Below, piece after piece: positions 1 to 13,345 of a stretch of 64,000 nt of DNA (its first letter is position 1; every line of letters begins with the position of its first letter). Under the pieces are notes generated by a model, which had not been told where the DNA came from, did no database searches, and worked only from the letters and a program-made list of their open reading frames with translations. This stretch comes from Octopus vulgaris. Taxonomy: Eukaryota. The stretch covers positions 74,958,001 to 75,022,000 of the forward strand of contig OX597822.1 in assembly GCA_951406725.2 (NCBI GenBank), in the 5' to 3' direction. The translations under genes and the position numbers were made by a program.

Positions 1-19
1 ATACATTCTTTATCTTGAT

Positions 20-177
20 ACGCGATCACCATGTCAGGCACATATGATTGTGATGCATATGTCTGGTGTACTCTTAATGAGACAGGTAGTCATGATGGGT
101 ATACTGGGCTTCGCATATTTTACCCCAGTGTCACTTTGATGGCATGCACTGCTCTCTCACTCAATAAAAATGATAAT
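20..177 (+). mobile_element. Probable 3' UTR/terminus of a non-LTR retrotransposon ending in an AAT-rich tail
   Basis: Non-coding block ending '...gcactgctctctcactcaataaaaatgataat', which resembles a LINE 3' end with an (AAT)n tail. Recognised by eye only. Confidence 0.4.
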
Positions 178-607
178 CCTTTCTACTATAGGCACAAAAT
201 CTGAAATTTGGGGAGGGGACTAGTTGATAACATTGACCTGTGTTTCACTGGTACTTAATTAATCGATCCTGAAAGGATGAAAGGCAAAGTTCAAATTCCT
301 CGGCGGAATCTGAACTCAGAACGTAGTGGCAGACGAAATATCGCAAAGCATTTCGTCCAGCGTGCTAACGATACTTATTTTTTTATTGCCCACAAGGGGC
401 TAAACATAGAGGGCACAAACTAGGAGAGACAAAGGGATTAAATCGATTACATCGACCCCAGTGCATAACTGGTACTTAATTTATCGACCCCGAAAGGATG
501 AAAGGCAAAGTCGACCTCGGCGGAATTTGAACCCAGAACGTAACGGCAGACGAAATACGGCTACGTATTTCGCCCGGCGTGCTAACGATTCTGCCAGCTT
601 GCAGCCT
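178..607 (-). mobile_element. tRNA-headed SINE family B (Meta/MESC-like core), dimer
   Basis: The reverse complement has a tRNA-like head with B-box GGTTCAAATTCC, followed by the core 'gaggtcgactttgcctttcatcctttcggggtcgataaattaagtacca'. Two tandem units (375-607 and 178-372) with different tails. Confidence 0.85.
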
Positions 608-624
608 TCATAATAATCATAATA

Positions 625-838
625 ATGGTTTCGAATTTTGCCGCAAGGCAGTCATTTTGGAGGAGGGGACTAGTCGATCACATCGATACCCAGTGTTTCA
701 TTGGTACTTAATTTATCGACCCAGAAAGGATGAAAGGCAAGGTCAACCTCGGCAGGATTTGAAAACAGAACGTAGCGACGGGCGAAATACCACTAAGCAT
801 TTCTTCCAACGTGCTAACGATTCTGCCGGCTCGCTGCC
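625..838 (-). mobile_element. SINE family B monomer
   Basis: Same head and core as 375-607; flanked by AAT/GAT repeats. Confidence 0.85.
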
Positions 839-861
839 TTGATGATGATAATAATAATAAT

Positions 862-1020
862 ATTTGCGAAAGGTTTGCCTTCTTGGTATGGCCAGAAGAA
901 TGAGGAAAGTATTGGATAGTTGCAAAGTACAGATAGCATCATACCTTAGGCTGCAAGTAGGAAGACCTCTACGAACGGAAGACTCCAGGAGCTCCAACAA
1001 AAGCTAAGTTAAGAAAAAAT
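862..1020 (+). mobile_element. 3' end of an RLE-type LINE (R4/Dong-like)
   Basis: Translates as LRKVCLLGMARRMRKVLD, matching the C-terminal LQKxCLLGTARIxRKVL motif of RLE LINEs. Homologous to the minus-strand copy at 61010-61340. Confidence 0.7.
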
Positions 1021-1176
1021 AAATTGATCAATAAAAGAAAATGTACCGATTTCAGAAACAACCTAGTTAATACACGTCACAAATTAACAGACAAAAGCCA
1101 CGATGGTCAGAGTAGAAGCAGAAACACTTTCATAGTAAGAAGTAAATAACTCTACATACACGATAATATAAGTTAA

Positions 1177-1468
1177 TTTTTTGGCTCAAAAAGCAAAAAG
1201 CAAGGCCATGTAGGGGGACATGGAGTTATGTATGGGTAGTGTTCATGCAAAGAGTTCATGCCATTTCTGGTCAAGAGAGACTTTGAACCGAGCGGTCGTC
1301 GGCATCTTCACTATCTCGTCCGGCAGCTTATTCCACGGATCCGCAACCCGGACGGAGAAAGCCCCTCTCCTTCGATTGAGATGAAATCGTCGCAGATAGA
1401 GCTTTTCGGAGTGACCCCGCAGCCGACGTTCTGGAGCAGGAGTGAAGAACAGCTCTTTCGAGAGGAAA
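1177..1468 (-). mobile_element. 3' end of a CR1-clade LINE
   Basis: Minus strand reads LSKELFFTPAPERRLRGHSEKLYLRRFHLNRRRGAFSVRVADPWNKLPDEIVKMPTTARFKVSLDQKW (RGH..KL / FS.RV...WN.LP...FK..LD motifs), followed by a short 3' UTR. Confidence 0.85.
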
Positions 1469-1489
1469 CAAGTTAAATATACTCTCTGA

Positions 1490-2665
1490 AGATTAAACCA
1501 CTGCAGAACATGTTAATGAAGTTACCAACAACTTAACGGAAATAAATAATAATGGTGATATCAGGACAAATAGTGTGACAAAACTTGAAGAGCAAATAGT
1601 CGCTGAATGGAGCAAGGTCCAAAATGAAGGCATGAAGGAACGCAGCGACCTTCTTAAGATTTGCAATATATAAAAAAAAAATGCCAAAGGTTGAACACGA
1701 CTCTTAAATCCATCATAAACGAAAATGAACTAGATGTCACATCATTGAATAAATTACTCCAGGCTGCTGGTACAACCTGTACCAAAAGTATGGTGTAATA
1801 CTGAAAAAGGAAGTGGGAGGTTTTCGAAAAAGACCAACGTGGTAAGAAAAAGAAACAAACAAACCGAGGCTCTTCAAACTGATATAAAAATGCTTGCAAA
1901 CTTAAGCAGTAATCATAATATAAAAAGAGAAAGATGAGAAAATATGAATTAAAAAGCCTGAACATCAATTTTCTGAAGAAATGGAGAGTTTAAAAACAAA
2001 GTGAAGACCAAAAATGCGCGCATACGCCCCTTCGAAAATCAATCCAGGTTCTCCAAAGATAGCAATGCGTTTTAAAATAATCTAAAGAAATTCTGTAGAC
2101 ACATTGGAAAGAGCACCATCAAAATAGAAGTCCCATCAGAGCAACGAAATACTTGACTTCTGAAGTAAAGCTTGGAAAATGGGAGCATAACTCTGATGTT
2201 CCATTAATAGACAAAAACAAAACACTGAGCTCGCAGAAGAGCAAATATGGGAAGAAATCAATGGAGATGATGTTATGGAAGTCACTTGCTAGGAATAAGA
2301 TTTCAAACCATTAACTTAATGTCTACAAAGCTGATTTGTCGTACGTAATTACGAAGGAACCACAGATGACCCCTGAATGGCTGGCCAATTCAAAAGAACT
2401 ACAGACCCATAACATACCTTGCAGCAGTGCATAAGATTCTTGTATCTGTTCCAATGGAACGCACGCATGCGTTCCTCTTTATCAACATTTTCCTTGATAA
2501 ACAAGAAGGCTGTAAACGTGGGCCATAGAGAAGACATGGATCAACTGCTTATTAACAAAATAATTTGGGGCAATTGTCACAGGAAAAAAACATCTTTCAG
2601 TGACTTGGATAGGCTACAAGAAGACCTTTGATAGTCTTCCTCGCAGCTGGACATAGGAATGCCAG
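1490..2665 (+). pseudogene. Degenerate R4/Dong-type LINE reverse transcriptase (N-terminal part)
   Basis: Frameshifted motifs KNYRPITYL (about 2395), MDQLLINKI (about 2536) and WIGYKKTFDSLPRSW (about 2606; consensus WIDYKKAFDSVPHSW). Truncated by a SINE at 2668. Confidence 0.75.
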
Positions 2666-2667
2666 GA

Positions 2668-3084
2668 GGCGTAGGAGTGACTGTGTGGTAAGTAGCTTGC
2701 TTACGAACTACATGGTTCTGCGTTCAGTCCCACTGCGTGGCGCCTTGGGCAAGTCTTTTCTACTATAGCCTCGAGCCAACCAAAGCCTTCTGAGTGGATT
2801 TGGTAGACGGAAACTGAAAGAAGTCCGTCATATATATGTATATGTATATGTGTGTGTGTGTGTATATGTTTGTGTGTCTGTGTTTGTCTCTCCAACATCG
2901 CTTGACAACCGATGCTGGTGTGTTAACGTCCCCGTAACTTAGCGGCTCAGCAAAAGAGACCGATAGAATAAGTACAAGGCTTACAAAGAATAAGTCCTGG
3001 GGTCGATTTGCTCGACTAAAGGCGGTGCTCCAGCACGGCCCCAGTCAAATGACTGAAACAAGTAAAAAGAGTAAAAGAGAGTAA
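2668..3084 (+). mobile_element. tRNA-headed SINE family A with internal (TA)/(TG) microsatellite
   Basis: A-box TGACTGTGTGG, B-box-like GTTCAGTCCC, body 'gccttctgagtggatttggtagacggaaactgaaagaag', internal microsatellite, 3' 'ccagca..gcagtcaaatgactgaaac' and a (gtaaaaga)n tail. Confidence 0.9.
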
Positions 3085-3946
3085 CCAGAAATTTTAATCT
3101 CATTTCACAAAGCTTTGCCTTTCATCCTTTGGAGGCACCAAAAGCACCAAAGTTAACCTCGGCGGATTTTGAAATTAGATAATAAACCCGGAAGAAATAG
3201 CACTAAGCATTTTGTCCGGCATACTACCACTTTTGCCATCTTGCCACCTATGTTTGTGTATATGTGCTTTAGTGTGTATTGTACATAGCAATAAAAAATA
3301 AATAATTATAAAATGACATAAAAAGAAGTATCTAAACTTGAGTCTTACATGAATTTCCTATTGGTCAAAAAATATTCTATAGTTCTTAGATGCTTTATTC
3401 ATATATTATCTTTTTTCTTATTAGTCATAGCTGCTCGCTTCTATAGTAATATATGTGTCTATGGCGCGGAAGATTCGGTAAATCACAAAGGAAATTTTTT
3501 TGGTATTATTTCGGCGAAAAATTTACTAATACTTCGTAAATCTTATTAAACATGGCAGAGAAGAGGTCAACCAATCAAAGCGGCATGTCTTGTAGAGGTC
3601 TTAACAGCCGTAAAGACTGTTCCTGAGAAATCCAATAATAAGACGGTAGATTGCCAAAATCCAATAATATATTTGATGGCGAGATATTGAGAGAGGAGGC
3701 AAGAAGAAGTTAGGGATGGATTAGGAATAATTGTGGTCATAATAAGTAAAGTGTCAAGGTATTGATGAAATTTATAGCATCTTGCCACATTTCATTTCTT
3801 TAAAAAAATTCTTTTATTATTATTCTTTCCTTTTTCTTTGTGTGTCTCTGTATGTCTGTTTAAGTGTATGTATGCATGCATGTTTGTGTATGTGTGTGTG
3901 TGTGTGTGTGTACTATTTAGAGAATAATTATCTATTTTCTTGTATA

Positions 3947-4101
3947 TGGCTGTGTGGTAAAAAGCTTGCTTACCAACCACATGGTTCCTGGTTCATTCCC
4001 ACTGCGTGGCACCTTGGGCAAGTGTCTTCTACTATAACCTCAAGCTGACCAAAGCCTTGTGAGTGAATTTGGTAGACAGAAACTGAAAGAAGCCCGTCGT
4101 A

Positions 4102-4145
<44 letters not shown>

Positions 4146-4433
4146 CATGTATGTATTATGTATGTATGTATGTATGTATGTATGTATGTATGTATGTATG
4201 TATGTATGTATGTATGTATGTATGTATGTATGTGTGTGTGTATGTTTGTCCCCCAACATCGCTTGACAACCGATGCTAGTGTGTTTACGTCCTCGTAACT
4301 TAGTGGTTCGGTAAAAGAGACCGAAAGAGTAAGTACTACGCTTCCAAAGAATAAGTCCTGGGGTCGATTTGCTCGACTAAAGGCGGTGCTCCAGCATGGC
4401 CGCAGTCAAATGACTGAAACAAGTAAAAGAGTA
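3947..4433 (+). mobile_element. SINE family A with expanded internal (TA)n(TATG)n
   Basis: Colinear with 2668-3084. A diverged partial second copy follows at 4439-4610. Confidence 0.9.
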
Positions 4434-5301
4434 TATAAGCGCAGGCATGGCTGTGTGATTAGGAAGCTGACTTTGCAACCAGGTGGTTTCGGGTTCAGTC
4501 TCACAACGCAGCACCTTGTGCAAGTGTCTTCTGCTACAGTCCCGAGCAGACGGAAATTGTGGAAGCCTGTCGTTTATACGCACACATGCAAACACACACA
4601 CACACACAGCTCCTCCCTCCTCCGACGGAATCAAACACCAGCCACCGACCTGCTCGGTGGCTGGTAAAAACACAAATCAATACAAATACTAACACAGACA
4701 CACGTGCACTGATACTACCACACACATGCTACCACACTCATTCATAGTGATCATCTTTGCACTCTCCTGTTCCTCAAGAATGGATCTTTCTGGTTATCGT
4801 CACTGTCCACAATTTGTCCCAATTGTTTTCAAATTTGATATATGGATTAAGTTTTGTATACTAATCATGAACATGAAATTCATTTTCCTTATAAATTCAT
4901 AAAAGTTAATAGCCATTAAACTTTGCAAAATCTGCGTATTTTAGCCAATCAGAAGCGAGTATTTCACACATCACAGTGAAGCTCTGTTAGCATATTAAGC
5001 AAAGAAGCATCACGTGTTCCATAGCTGATTGCGAAGAACTCTGTTTCCAGAGTAACCAAAGATGCTGCGCATGCGCATAGGGCGTGTAACCACCACGTAT
5101 TCTATAATTGTTTGTTTTCATAACAGTCGGAATTCGCTAGTGTATTATAAACTTTGGCCTTCGACGAAGAGCTATGCTTTGACGACTGGTTTCCGCGAGC
5201 AAATGTAATATAAAGATTAGTGGTTTGAATTTCGGCAAGGTTTCCTGTTAAACACATACTATTTTGCATTCAATTGCGTAAATATTATTTTCTCAATTCT
5301 A

Positions 5302-5867
5302 TTGGGTTGTCCGGAAAGTTCGTGCCGATTTTTAAAGGCAAGAAAAATGTCAATAAATACTTGCCATTACATTTTTAATCAACCAAATATGAACCATTTT
5401 GTTGCACAATGTAACTCCCTCTTTCCTTTAACTTGAAAATACCCTCTTCCCAGAATTGAGGTGGTTTCATGGCAAATAATTCATCATGGTATCTTTTTAC
5501 GTCATCCAAGGAATTTAAATTTTTACCATTAAGACTATTCTGCATAGACCTGAATAAGTGTAAATCAGAAGGAGCAATATCTGGAGAATATGGAGGGTGG
5601 GGTAACACATCCCAGCTGAGGTGCAGCAATTTTTGTCTGGTTCCCAAAGCATCAAGTGCCGAAAATGAACTTTCTTATCTTCCATTTTAAAGGGTTACAG
5701 AATTAACACATGTTATAGGAACATAAACCTTCTTCCACGAAAAGATAGCTTAAACTGAGCTCTAAATGGAGGTGTAGTCAAATCCTATTTTATGGACTCA
5801 ACCATGTTCTAAAATAAATCGAAAGGTAAGCTGCTATAGATCGGCACGAACTTTCCGGACAACCCAA
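5302..5867 (-). mobile_element. Internally deleted non-autonomous mariner (566 bp)
   Basis: Perfect 28-bp TIRs ttgggttgtccggaaagttcgtgccgat (5302-5329 and 5840-5867) with TA on both sides. The minus strand joins the N-terminal MEDKKVHFRHLMLWE directly to the C-terminal WDVLPHPPYSPDIAPSDLHLFRSMQN. Confidence 0.92.
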
Positions 5868-7176
5868 TATATTGAGTAGCCTTATTTTTTAAAGATACAT
5901 CATACATTATCTTAGCGAAAATATATAGTCTCGTCAGCTATCGTTGAATCGGTAACATACAGTCGAATAAACTGTTTTAAATCCCCCGGTGAGTAGACAT
6001 CAGAAGTGCAATGATAAATTTGCTCATGCACTTAGAAAAGAAAAAACCATGAACCCCAGTTATCTGAACCCTCAGTGATGCAAAAGAAAAGATCCAACGT
6101 TGTTCTGAAAATTGGAATAACGAAGATGATCTTGTTGGCTCACAATATCTTTCAAGTAACCCGGAAAAAGTCACCGTTAAAAAATCTGAACTTTACTTTT
6201 ATGACAACACTTATTGAATAAGCTATCTCTGGGACTCTCAGCAAGAAAGTACTTCACTCCGCAAAAATGACGCATTACATTAAATTATCGCTTGGAACGA
6301 CACGCTGTACTTGTTTGGGAGGAAATGTTAAATTATTTACGCTGCATCCTGTCATTTTCTGCTTACTTCATGTTCACTATATTACGATGTCCCTCGATAC
6401 TTCTATCACCTGTTTCATTTAATATTCTCTCAACCGCTTTTATTCCTTCCTTTGCTCGCCATTCATCTCTTTGTCCGCGAGCTTCATCCTTTAACATTGC
6501 CGCATTTCTTTGTATTACGTCACATTTCTTTCTCTTCATTCTTCACTTTCATTTGAGTAATATTCTCGTAGCTCTTTGTCACACATCCTCAGTTATCCGA
6601 TTTCTTTACTCCTAACTCTCATTAGAAACTTTTATTGCCGCGCTCTGCCTCGTTTCTTCCATTCTTCTTTCTCTTCGCGATTCTCTTTCATTTCACACTC
6701 CACTCGCTCATCTGGCTCTTGCCTATATTCTAATTCCCCCTGGTTCTTCATTAACAGTTACCTCTATAATCTTTTCGCGTGTCGCTATCTTCATATCTTC
6801 TCATCTGAGCTTCCAAAAGGGTCCCTTGAGATCAACTGAGATGATAATTTTGAACATCCAACAGTCTCTCTCTCTCTCTTACTGTCCCCTCTCTCTCTCA
6901 CATTTTCTCACTCCTTCTCTCCCTTCCACTTCTAATCCTTATTCTCCATACCTCTTCCTTTCCTTCCTTCTAAACCATACCTCTCACTTTTCTTCTTTAC
7001 GCTCCATCTTTTTCCCCTTATCTTTCTACCATTCTCTTCTCTCAGATTTCGTTAACGACTTTGTTACTTATATTTATCTCTGCAATTCTCACAATCTATG
7101 ATTGTCGGTCTGTCTGTCCGTCTATTATCTCTGTGTGTATGTATATATATACGCTCATACATACATACATTGTATA

Positions 7177-7400
7177 TCTATTATATAAAATCCGTTCTGT
7201 CTGTCTGTGTGTGTGTGTGTCTTCTAGGATCTCGAGCATCCTCCATCCGATTGCGCTCAAATTTGGTATGTAGATACCGACGGTATCAGGGCGAGCATAA
7301 GTCTTCAAAAATTACAAAAATCGATTCCAGGAGAGAATGCGATCGATAAAGTGAATAAAATCGTTTTTCTTTGGAATAGAAACAAGTCTATCTTTATTTC
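7177..7400 (+). mobile_element. Helitron/Helentron-like non-autonomous element, 5' part
   Basis: Starts TCTATTATATAAAA, then (CTGT)n/(GT)n and 'ccgattgcgctcaaatttggtatg', the layout typical of DINE-1/Lep1-like elements. Confidence 0.5.
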
Positions 7401-7599
7401 TTCTTTTGCTGGTGTCTCAAATTTAGGTTAAATCAGTGTTCCTCAAAGGGGAGGCCTATGGGACGGTCGGATAAGTTGTTTTGAGAAAATTTGGTTTAAA
7501 TGTTTGACAACTCAGCCCCGTCCAATGGACGGGGGGGGGCGTTTTGCTCGTATATATATAAATATATATGAGCATATATATATATATATATATATACGA

Positions 7600-7652
<53 letters not shown>

Positions 7653-7929
7653 CATACATACACACACACACACTTTGATACGTTTCGGTCAGTATTAGCC
7701 CAGGCAATGTCTAACTTAATTGCGCCACCTGGCAAAGTCATTCAAATCATGAATCAGACATGGCCTACTCCAGGAAAGAGTTATTGTTTATGGCGACATA
7801 TCCAAGTGTTGGAGGTTTATCCAGAATTTTTTGAAGGAATGTGTCCAAAGTCTTCTTGAACGTTATGGGGTCTGTTTCTGATTTAATGTTTTTTGGTGTA
7901 ATGTCGACCCCAATAGCCAAGGACTGTCA

Positions 7930-8241
7930 TGCCATCTATCTTCAATTTTCATGATACTTTGTTTCGTGTGGGGAGACCACAGTGGACAGCAGTATTCAAG
8001 ATGGAGTCGAGCAAAAGTAGAGAAGAGAAGGATCATGGTTTGGATATCTCTCGACTGGAAGGTTCTGAGAATCCAGGATCACATTCTGCGCGGGCCATGT
8101 CAATTTTGGTGTTTATATAAGCGGCCCAGCTTATGTTGTCCACAATTACTCCCAAGTCTCTGATGTTGTTGGCTGCCATGAGAGTTTCATTTGAAGGAGG
8201 GGAGTATGTGAGTTTCAGGATATCCTCTTTTCCGAAGTGGA

Positions 8242-8243
<2 letters not shown>
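7930..8243 (-). pseudogene. CR1-clade LINE RT C-terminal fragment
   Basis: Minus strand reads IHFGK...IRDLGVIVDN.SWAAYIN...WILRTFQSRD...LHLEYCCPLWSPH, with frameshifts. Confidence 0.8.
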
Positions 8244-8285
<42 letters not shown>

Positions 8286-8360
8286 CAATGTTTATAAATA
8301 AAACTTTCCGTGTTTATTCTGGTGAAACCGACTACAAACAAGATGCAACCTACTGAAGTA

Positions 8361-8590
8361 CAGTAATCTCTCGCCATATCGCGGTTCACATGTCGCGGTT
8401 CACCTATCGCGGTTTATTAGTTAAGCTTACGTCGATTCCTCCGTGATGTTGTTTTACATTTATAATAAAATAAATATGTACAAATTATATAAATAAAAAA
8501 ATACAGTACAGTACTGTTTCTATTTCGTGGATTTTCGCCTATCACGGGGATTTTTGGAACGTAACATCCGCGATAGTCGAGGGATTACTG
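8361..8590. mobile_element. pogo/Tigger-like MITE
   Basis: Imperfect TIRs cagtaatctctcgccatatcgcgg and ccgcgatagtcgagggattactg, with TA at the left flank. A second partial copy lies at 54890-55039. Confidence 0.7.
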
Positions 8591-10104
8591 CACATTTGGT
8601 TGCCAAATTTACAAAGTGAGTAGAGTTTCTTAAACGCAGCGCATGTTGCCAAGCCTGACATAGAAAATACCTACGTGAAATAGATGACTGTCCTTCTATC
8701 GTCCCCTCTTTTTCTCAACCTCATGGTTAATAAAGAAATTGACTGGTGCCTCAATCAATACCATTGTTTAATTAAGTCTCTCCTTACCTTCACGAACATC
8801 ATTCCTTAGCAGCTTACAACGCAATACAGCTGAACATCAGCTTACCTGAAGTTATTATTACCAGACCAGACCAGACCAAGATAGCTCAACAACTCGAAAG
8901 TGGTCCTCGTCTTTACTTGGCTGAACGGATCTAGCAAGTTTTCTTTTGCAGTTTATTGTACTTGATTTGCACATAACCGTTTACGACCGCATTGCAAGAT
9001 ACACTTGACCTAGCTCTTATTTCAAGGCATTTAACAAGAATACAAACTGCCTGATGTAATTATGTTTCTGATGAAGTGAGAATAGCAACCTTTCTTCTCA
9101 CCTACTGTCATTGGAAACTGCCTGACATAGCTGAATCGGCTTTCGGCTGCTCAACGTTCAGACCCATTTGTATATTTAATCCCCTGCATACACATTCTTG
9201 GTTTTGACTTTAAACTGCATCCGGAAGTGGGGTTTGGGATCGAGAGCTACGGAGATTTGAGATGAGTAGAGCCACTTCTTAACCACTATTGTTCTCAGGT
9301 TTACTCTGACACGGAGTGGTAGCACCATCCAGGGTCTCAGCTATGAATTAAATAGCATGTAACCACGTGAGCCAGGGTACGTTGAAATCGTGAGAGGCAG
9401 TATGGCAGATGTAAACTATTTTGGCAAATGAATCTTATTAAATCAGTGACAAATATCACTAAATGCTGAGCAGATGAACAAACTACCAGCGGCCAGGATC
9501 AACCAGTTCAGTTAACGAATTACTGCTATCATCTGTAGTCGCAGCGTGCTCAGATGAGATATTTCAGCCTGCAAATGACCAGCGTGACTAAAATTCAAGT
9601 CAAACGTTTGTGGTGCTTCGCTCGAGCGAGACATTTGGCGTAAAAGAATTGCATTGGTTTGGGCAAGTCGCCGGTCCGGATATTAATGATACGCAATGTA
9701 GCTACTACTCTCATACACACGCCCATTGCAAATTCTCCTAAACAACATTTGTGATTATCTCTTACCCCCTGGCATTTAAGATGTCTGCTCTAACCTTGCA
9801 TCACATTTACTTTTCGTATACACTTCAAGATATCCTCACCCCAAGGTCCTGTAAGTGTTGCTGTGTGGTAGTTGGTATTCCTCAATCACCCTGAACGCTG
9901 TGCCAGCGGAGTGCAAGCTCCAAGCTCTTGGTATGGCCTCCCATGACGGACATAGGCCAGACTAATATGGACCACCTCTTCCCAACAGTAAAAATGAGTT
10001 TGTGAAGTACCAACATGCCCACCTAGAAAAGAAGCATAGTTGTAGAAGCATCGATGAGAATTTAAAACCAACAAGACGTGGGAGAGGAAAAAACTGCCCA
10101 GAGA

Positions 10105-10525
10105 TAGCGTAGGAGTGGCTGTGTGGTAAGTAGATTGCTAACCAACCACATGGTTCTGGGTTCAGTCCCACTGCGTGGCATCTTGGGCAAGTGTCTTCTG
10201 CTATAGCCCCGGGCCGACCAATGCCTTGTGAGTGGATTTGGTAGACGGAAACTGAAAGAAGCCTGTCGTATATATGTATATATATATATATATAAGCCTG
10301 TGTGTGTTTGTGTGTCTCTGTTTGTCTCCCTAGCATTGCTTGACAACCGATGCTGGTGTGTTTATGTCCCCGTTACTTAGCGGTTCGGCAAAAGAGACCG
10401 ATAGAATAAGTACACGGCTTACAAAGAATAAGTCCTGGGGTTGATTTGCTTGACTAAAAGGCGGTGCTCCAGCATGGCCGCAGTCAAATGACTGAAACAA
10501 GTAAAAGAGTAAAAAGAGAAAGAGA
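10105..10525 (+). mobile_element. SINE family A, young subfamily
   Basis: Full length and nearly identical to 23622-24040. Confidence 0.9.
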
Positions 10526-10849
10526 TAAAAACAGCGGAGAAAAAGTCATCGAAAGCCTATCCTCCAAAAAGAGCGGTGGGCTTAAGTGAAAAGCCCCTGT
10601 GTTTGCGTTTTGTTTGCTATTTCATCGCCGAGAGGGGAGAAGAGTAACGAAACAGTTTTATTCAATCAACTAAACTTTATATCCATTCACAATAAGACTC
10701 GACGTGTTTGTTTCTCTTATGTTTTGTCTACGTTAGAAACCAAGAAGTTATTTTCTTTTGTATCATTTGACTTTTCGTACCCAATCGAAAAAGAGCATCT
10801 TAGCCCTTTTTGATCTTACTCCCATAGTTCATATCGGTTACCTTTTAAT

Positions 10850-11029
10850 AGTTTTAGTTGTTCGACTGGAGCCATGTTTTGGGCACCGCCTTCAAGGATT
10901 TAGTCGAAGGAGTCTACTCCAGCACATATTTTAAATCTGGTACTTATTTTATCGGAATATTTTGCCGAACTGCTAAGTTACAGGAACGTAAATCAACACT
11001 GTCATGCAGTGGTGTACGACAAACACAAA

Positions 11030-11112
<83 letters not shown>

Positions 11113-11240
11113 ACACAGGACATTGCTCGGCCCGGAGCTATAAGTAGAAATTTACCTGAGGTGCAGTGCAATGGAACCGAACCCGAAGCCAGGTGGTTCC
11201 GAAGCGAACTATTTAACCACGCAACCGTGTCTGCATGCTG
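10850..11240 (-). mobile_element. SINE family A, diverged copy with (CA)n
   Basis: Reverse-complement similarity to the family A 3' arm ('gccgaactgctaagttac') and head ('aaccacgcaacc'). Confidence 0.65.
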
Positions 11241-11572
11241 GCTAAAATTATATGAGACAACGAGAGGTCATTCGGCAGTCGAGCCCTGGTTTTTTGTTTG
11301 AGAAAACATCAAGAGAAAATAGAGCAATTTTAGTTTTTGAATTAAAGTGGATTTGTCTGAAAGTATAAATATGCTTATAAATAGAAAAAAAAAGAGGGAA
11401 AGAAAGGAAGAGAAGGTGATGTGATAGAAGGGGGGTGCTTTTACTGAGAGAGTTGGGGGATGAGAAAGAGAGATGCAAGTTCTCTATGAACATACAGAAA
11501 AATATATATATATGCACGCCTATAATGAGGAGTAGAAGGAGTAGAAGGAGATAGAAGGGTAACTGTAGATTT

Positions 11573-11589
11573 ATGGAAAGAGAAAGGAC

Positions 11590-11662
<73 letters not shown>

Positions 11663-11716
11663 GATATATGTGTGTATATATGTATGTATACATATATATA
11701 TGTGTGTGTGTGTGTG

Positions 11717-11759
<43 letters not shown>

Positions 11760-11769
11760 TTATATGTAT

Positions 11770-11830
<61 letters not shown>
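11573..11830. repeat. Compound microsatellite (TA)n/(TG)n/(AG)n
   Basis: Direct reading. Confidence 0.95.
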
Positions 11831-11832
<2 letters not shown>

Positions 11833-12104
11833 CAATTGTGCGAAAGTAAGTAAAGCGATAAACTTGTGAAGAGTGATGATAAACTATATCGGAAAATTTT
11901 AAGTGCCGTTAGAAAATACTCTTACACAATTATTATATGAGAAAATGTAGGGAAAGTATTAAAAGTGAGATGTACGTACATCGATATGTAAAAAAAATAA
12001 TAATAATAATAATAATAATGGCCGAGTCATATGATGTCTAAATGTAAAAGAGTAAAAAACTAAAAATACGCCCGATTCTGTGAAGCTGAGTAAAGCTATA
12101 GCGG

Positions 12105-12145
<41 letters not shown>

Positions 12146-12509
12146 TCCCTAAAGATAAAAGCCACATATTTATTTGAAAATTACCTGATATTTCTGCAAG
12201 TAAATATATGCACGAAGTTTAGGCATATAGTATAACGTTAGTAAACGATGTTTGTAGGTAAATAATCAACTGGATATGTATTCTGACTATGCTACTAGTT
12301 TCATCGTTGTCTACCTTTTCTAAGTTGCTCTCACACGTTTTGGTCTCGTCTGTTACTTCTACCTTTGCTTTTCACCTAAGTCATGCTTCGTTTACATTGC
12401 TCAACGAGTAAACTTAAAATGTGTCTTTGTGTAGGTTTCAGTATGTCTGCGTGAGTGCTTGGGTGCGAGCGTGTCTGTATAGATATGTGAGTATGCGTAT
12501 ACGTACACA

Positions 12510-13105
12510 GACAGAATCAATTTGAGACGAAAAGATGGCGGCAGAAGCATAAGATCAGTTCAAACAGCCTATGAATGTCGCATTGTATCACTCAGACAAC
12601 ACCTGTTGAACAGTAAAGAAATAAATAAGCACATTACATGCATACTCAAAAGTGAGAACAACAACGTCTTCAGAGGTACGTCTGTTTCAGCGGTTGTTAA
12701 AAATGTCTGCGAGATACTACCTACTCCTGAGGCACAATATACTTGCATCGACTAATTACAATGCTGTCTGCAGAAATGATTGCCCTAAAGTCTACAACGA
12801 AGTCATAGAAGAACAAATGTGTATCCACACCTTTAAAAACATTATTCCAATAAAAACAACAATTCGCTCCTAACATAACAAATCTGATATTGTTCTGTGG
12901 GTCGGGGAACAAAAGATATGCAATTTTGTAGAAGTCAACTTCCCAGCCGATGTGACTTTACCATCAAAGTCCAAGAACAAGAGAATATTTATGGTAAATT
13001 AATGAGGAAATTACAACTCTTGCACTGACTACGAATTCTCATTTGTACCCATTATCATACGTGCATTAGACTATGTATCAACAGATTTACACAAAACCTA
13101 GAAAT
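12510..13105 (+). pseudogene. Degenerate RLE-type LINE (RT thumb plus restriction-like endonuclease)
   Basis: LRRKDGGRSI (consensus RKxGGRGL), then HNKSDIVLW...CNFVEVNFPAD (PD-(D/E)xK-like) and FSFVPIIIRAL. Same family as 55453-55845. Confidence 0.75.
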
Positions 13106-13345
13106 GTTTATAGATTCATTATAGCTTATACCCTTGGATGTTTTATATGTGTTTATAAATTCATTATAGCATCCGAGGGTATATTTTTTTTCTCCTCTGT
13201 GGATATTATGCTCAGGTTGTATAAATTTAATATTTACTTAATATTTACTGAGTATTAATTGAAATAGCTCTAAGGGATGATGATTAATTTACTGTTAATA
13301 ATAAACAATTATCGACATCCTAATCTTCATTTTCTTTTTCTTTTA

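Noticed and set aside
4760-6290. Possible larger host element surrounding the deleted mariner
   Set aside because: It looks repeat-like, but I could identify no termini, TSD or coding motif.
9066-9115. CTGATGA followed by a GTGAGAA/TTCTCAC stem
   Set aside because: There is no GAAA box after the stem, so it is not a hammerhead.
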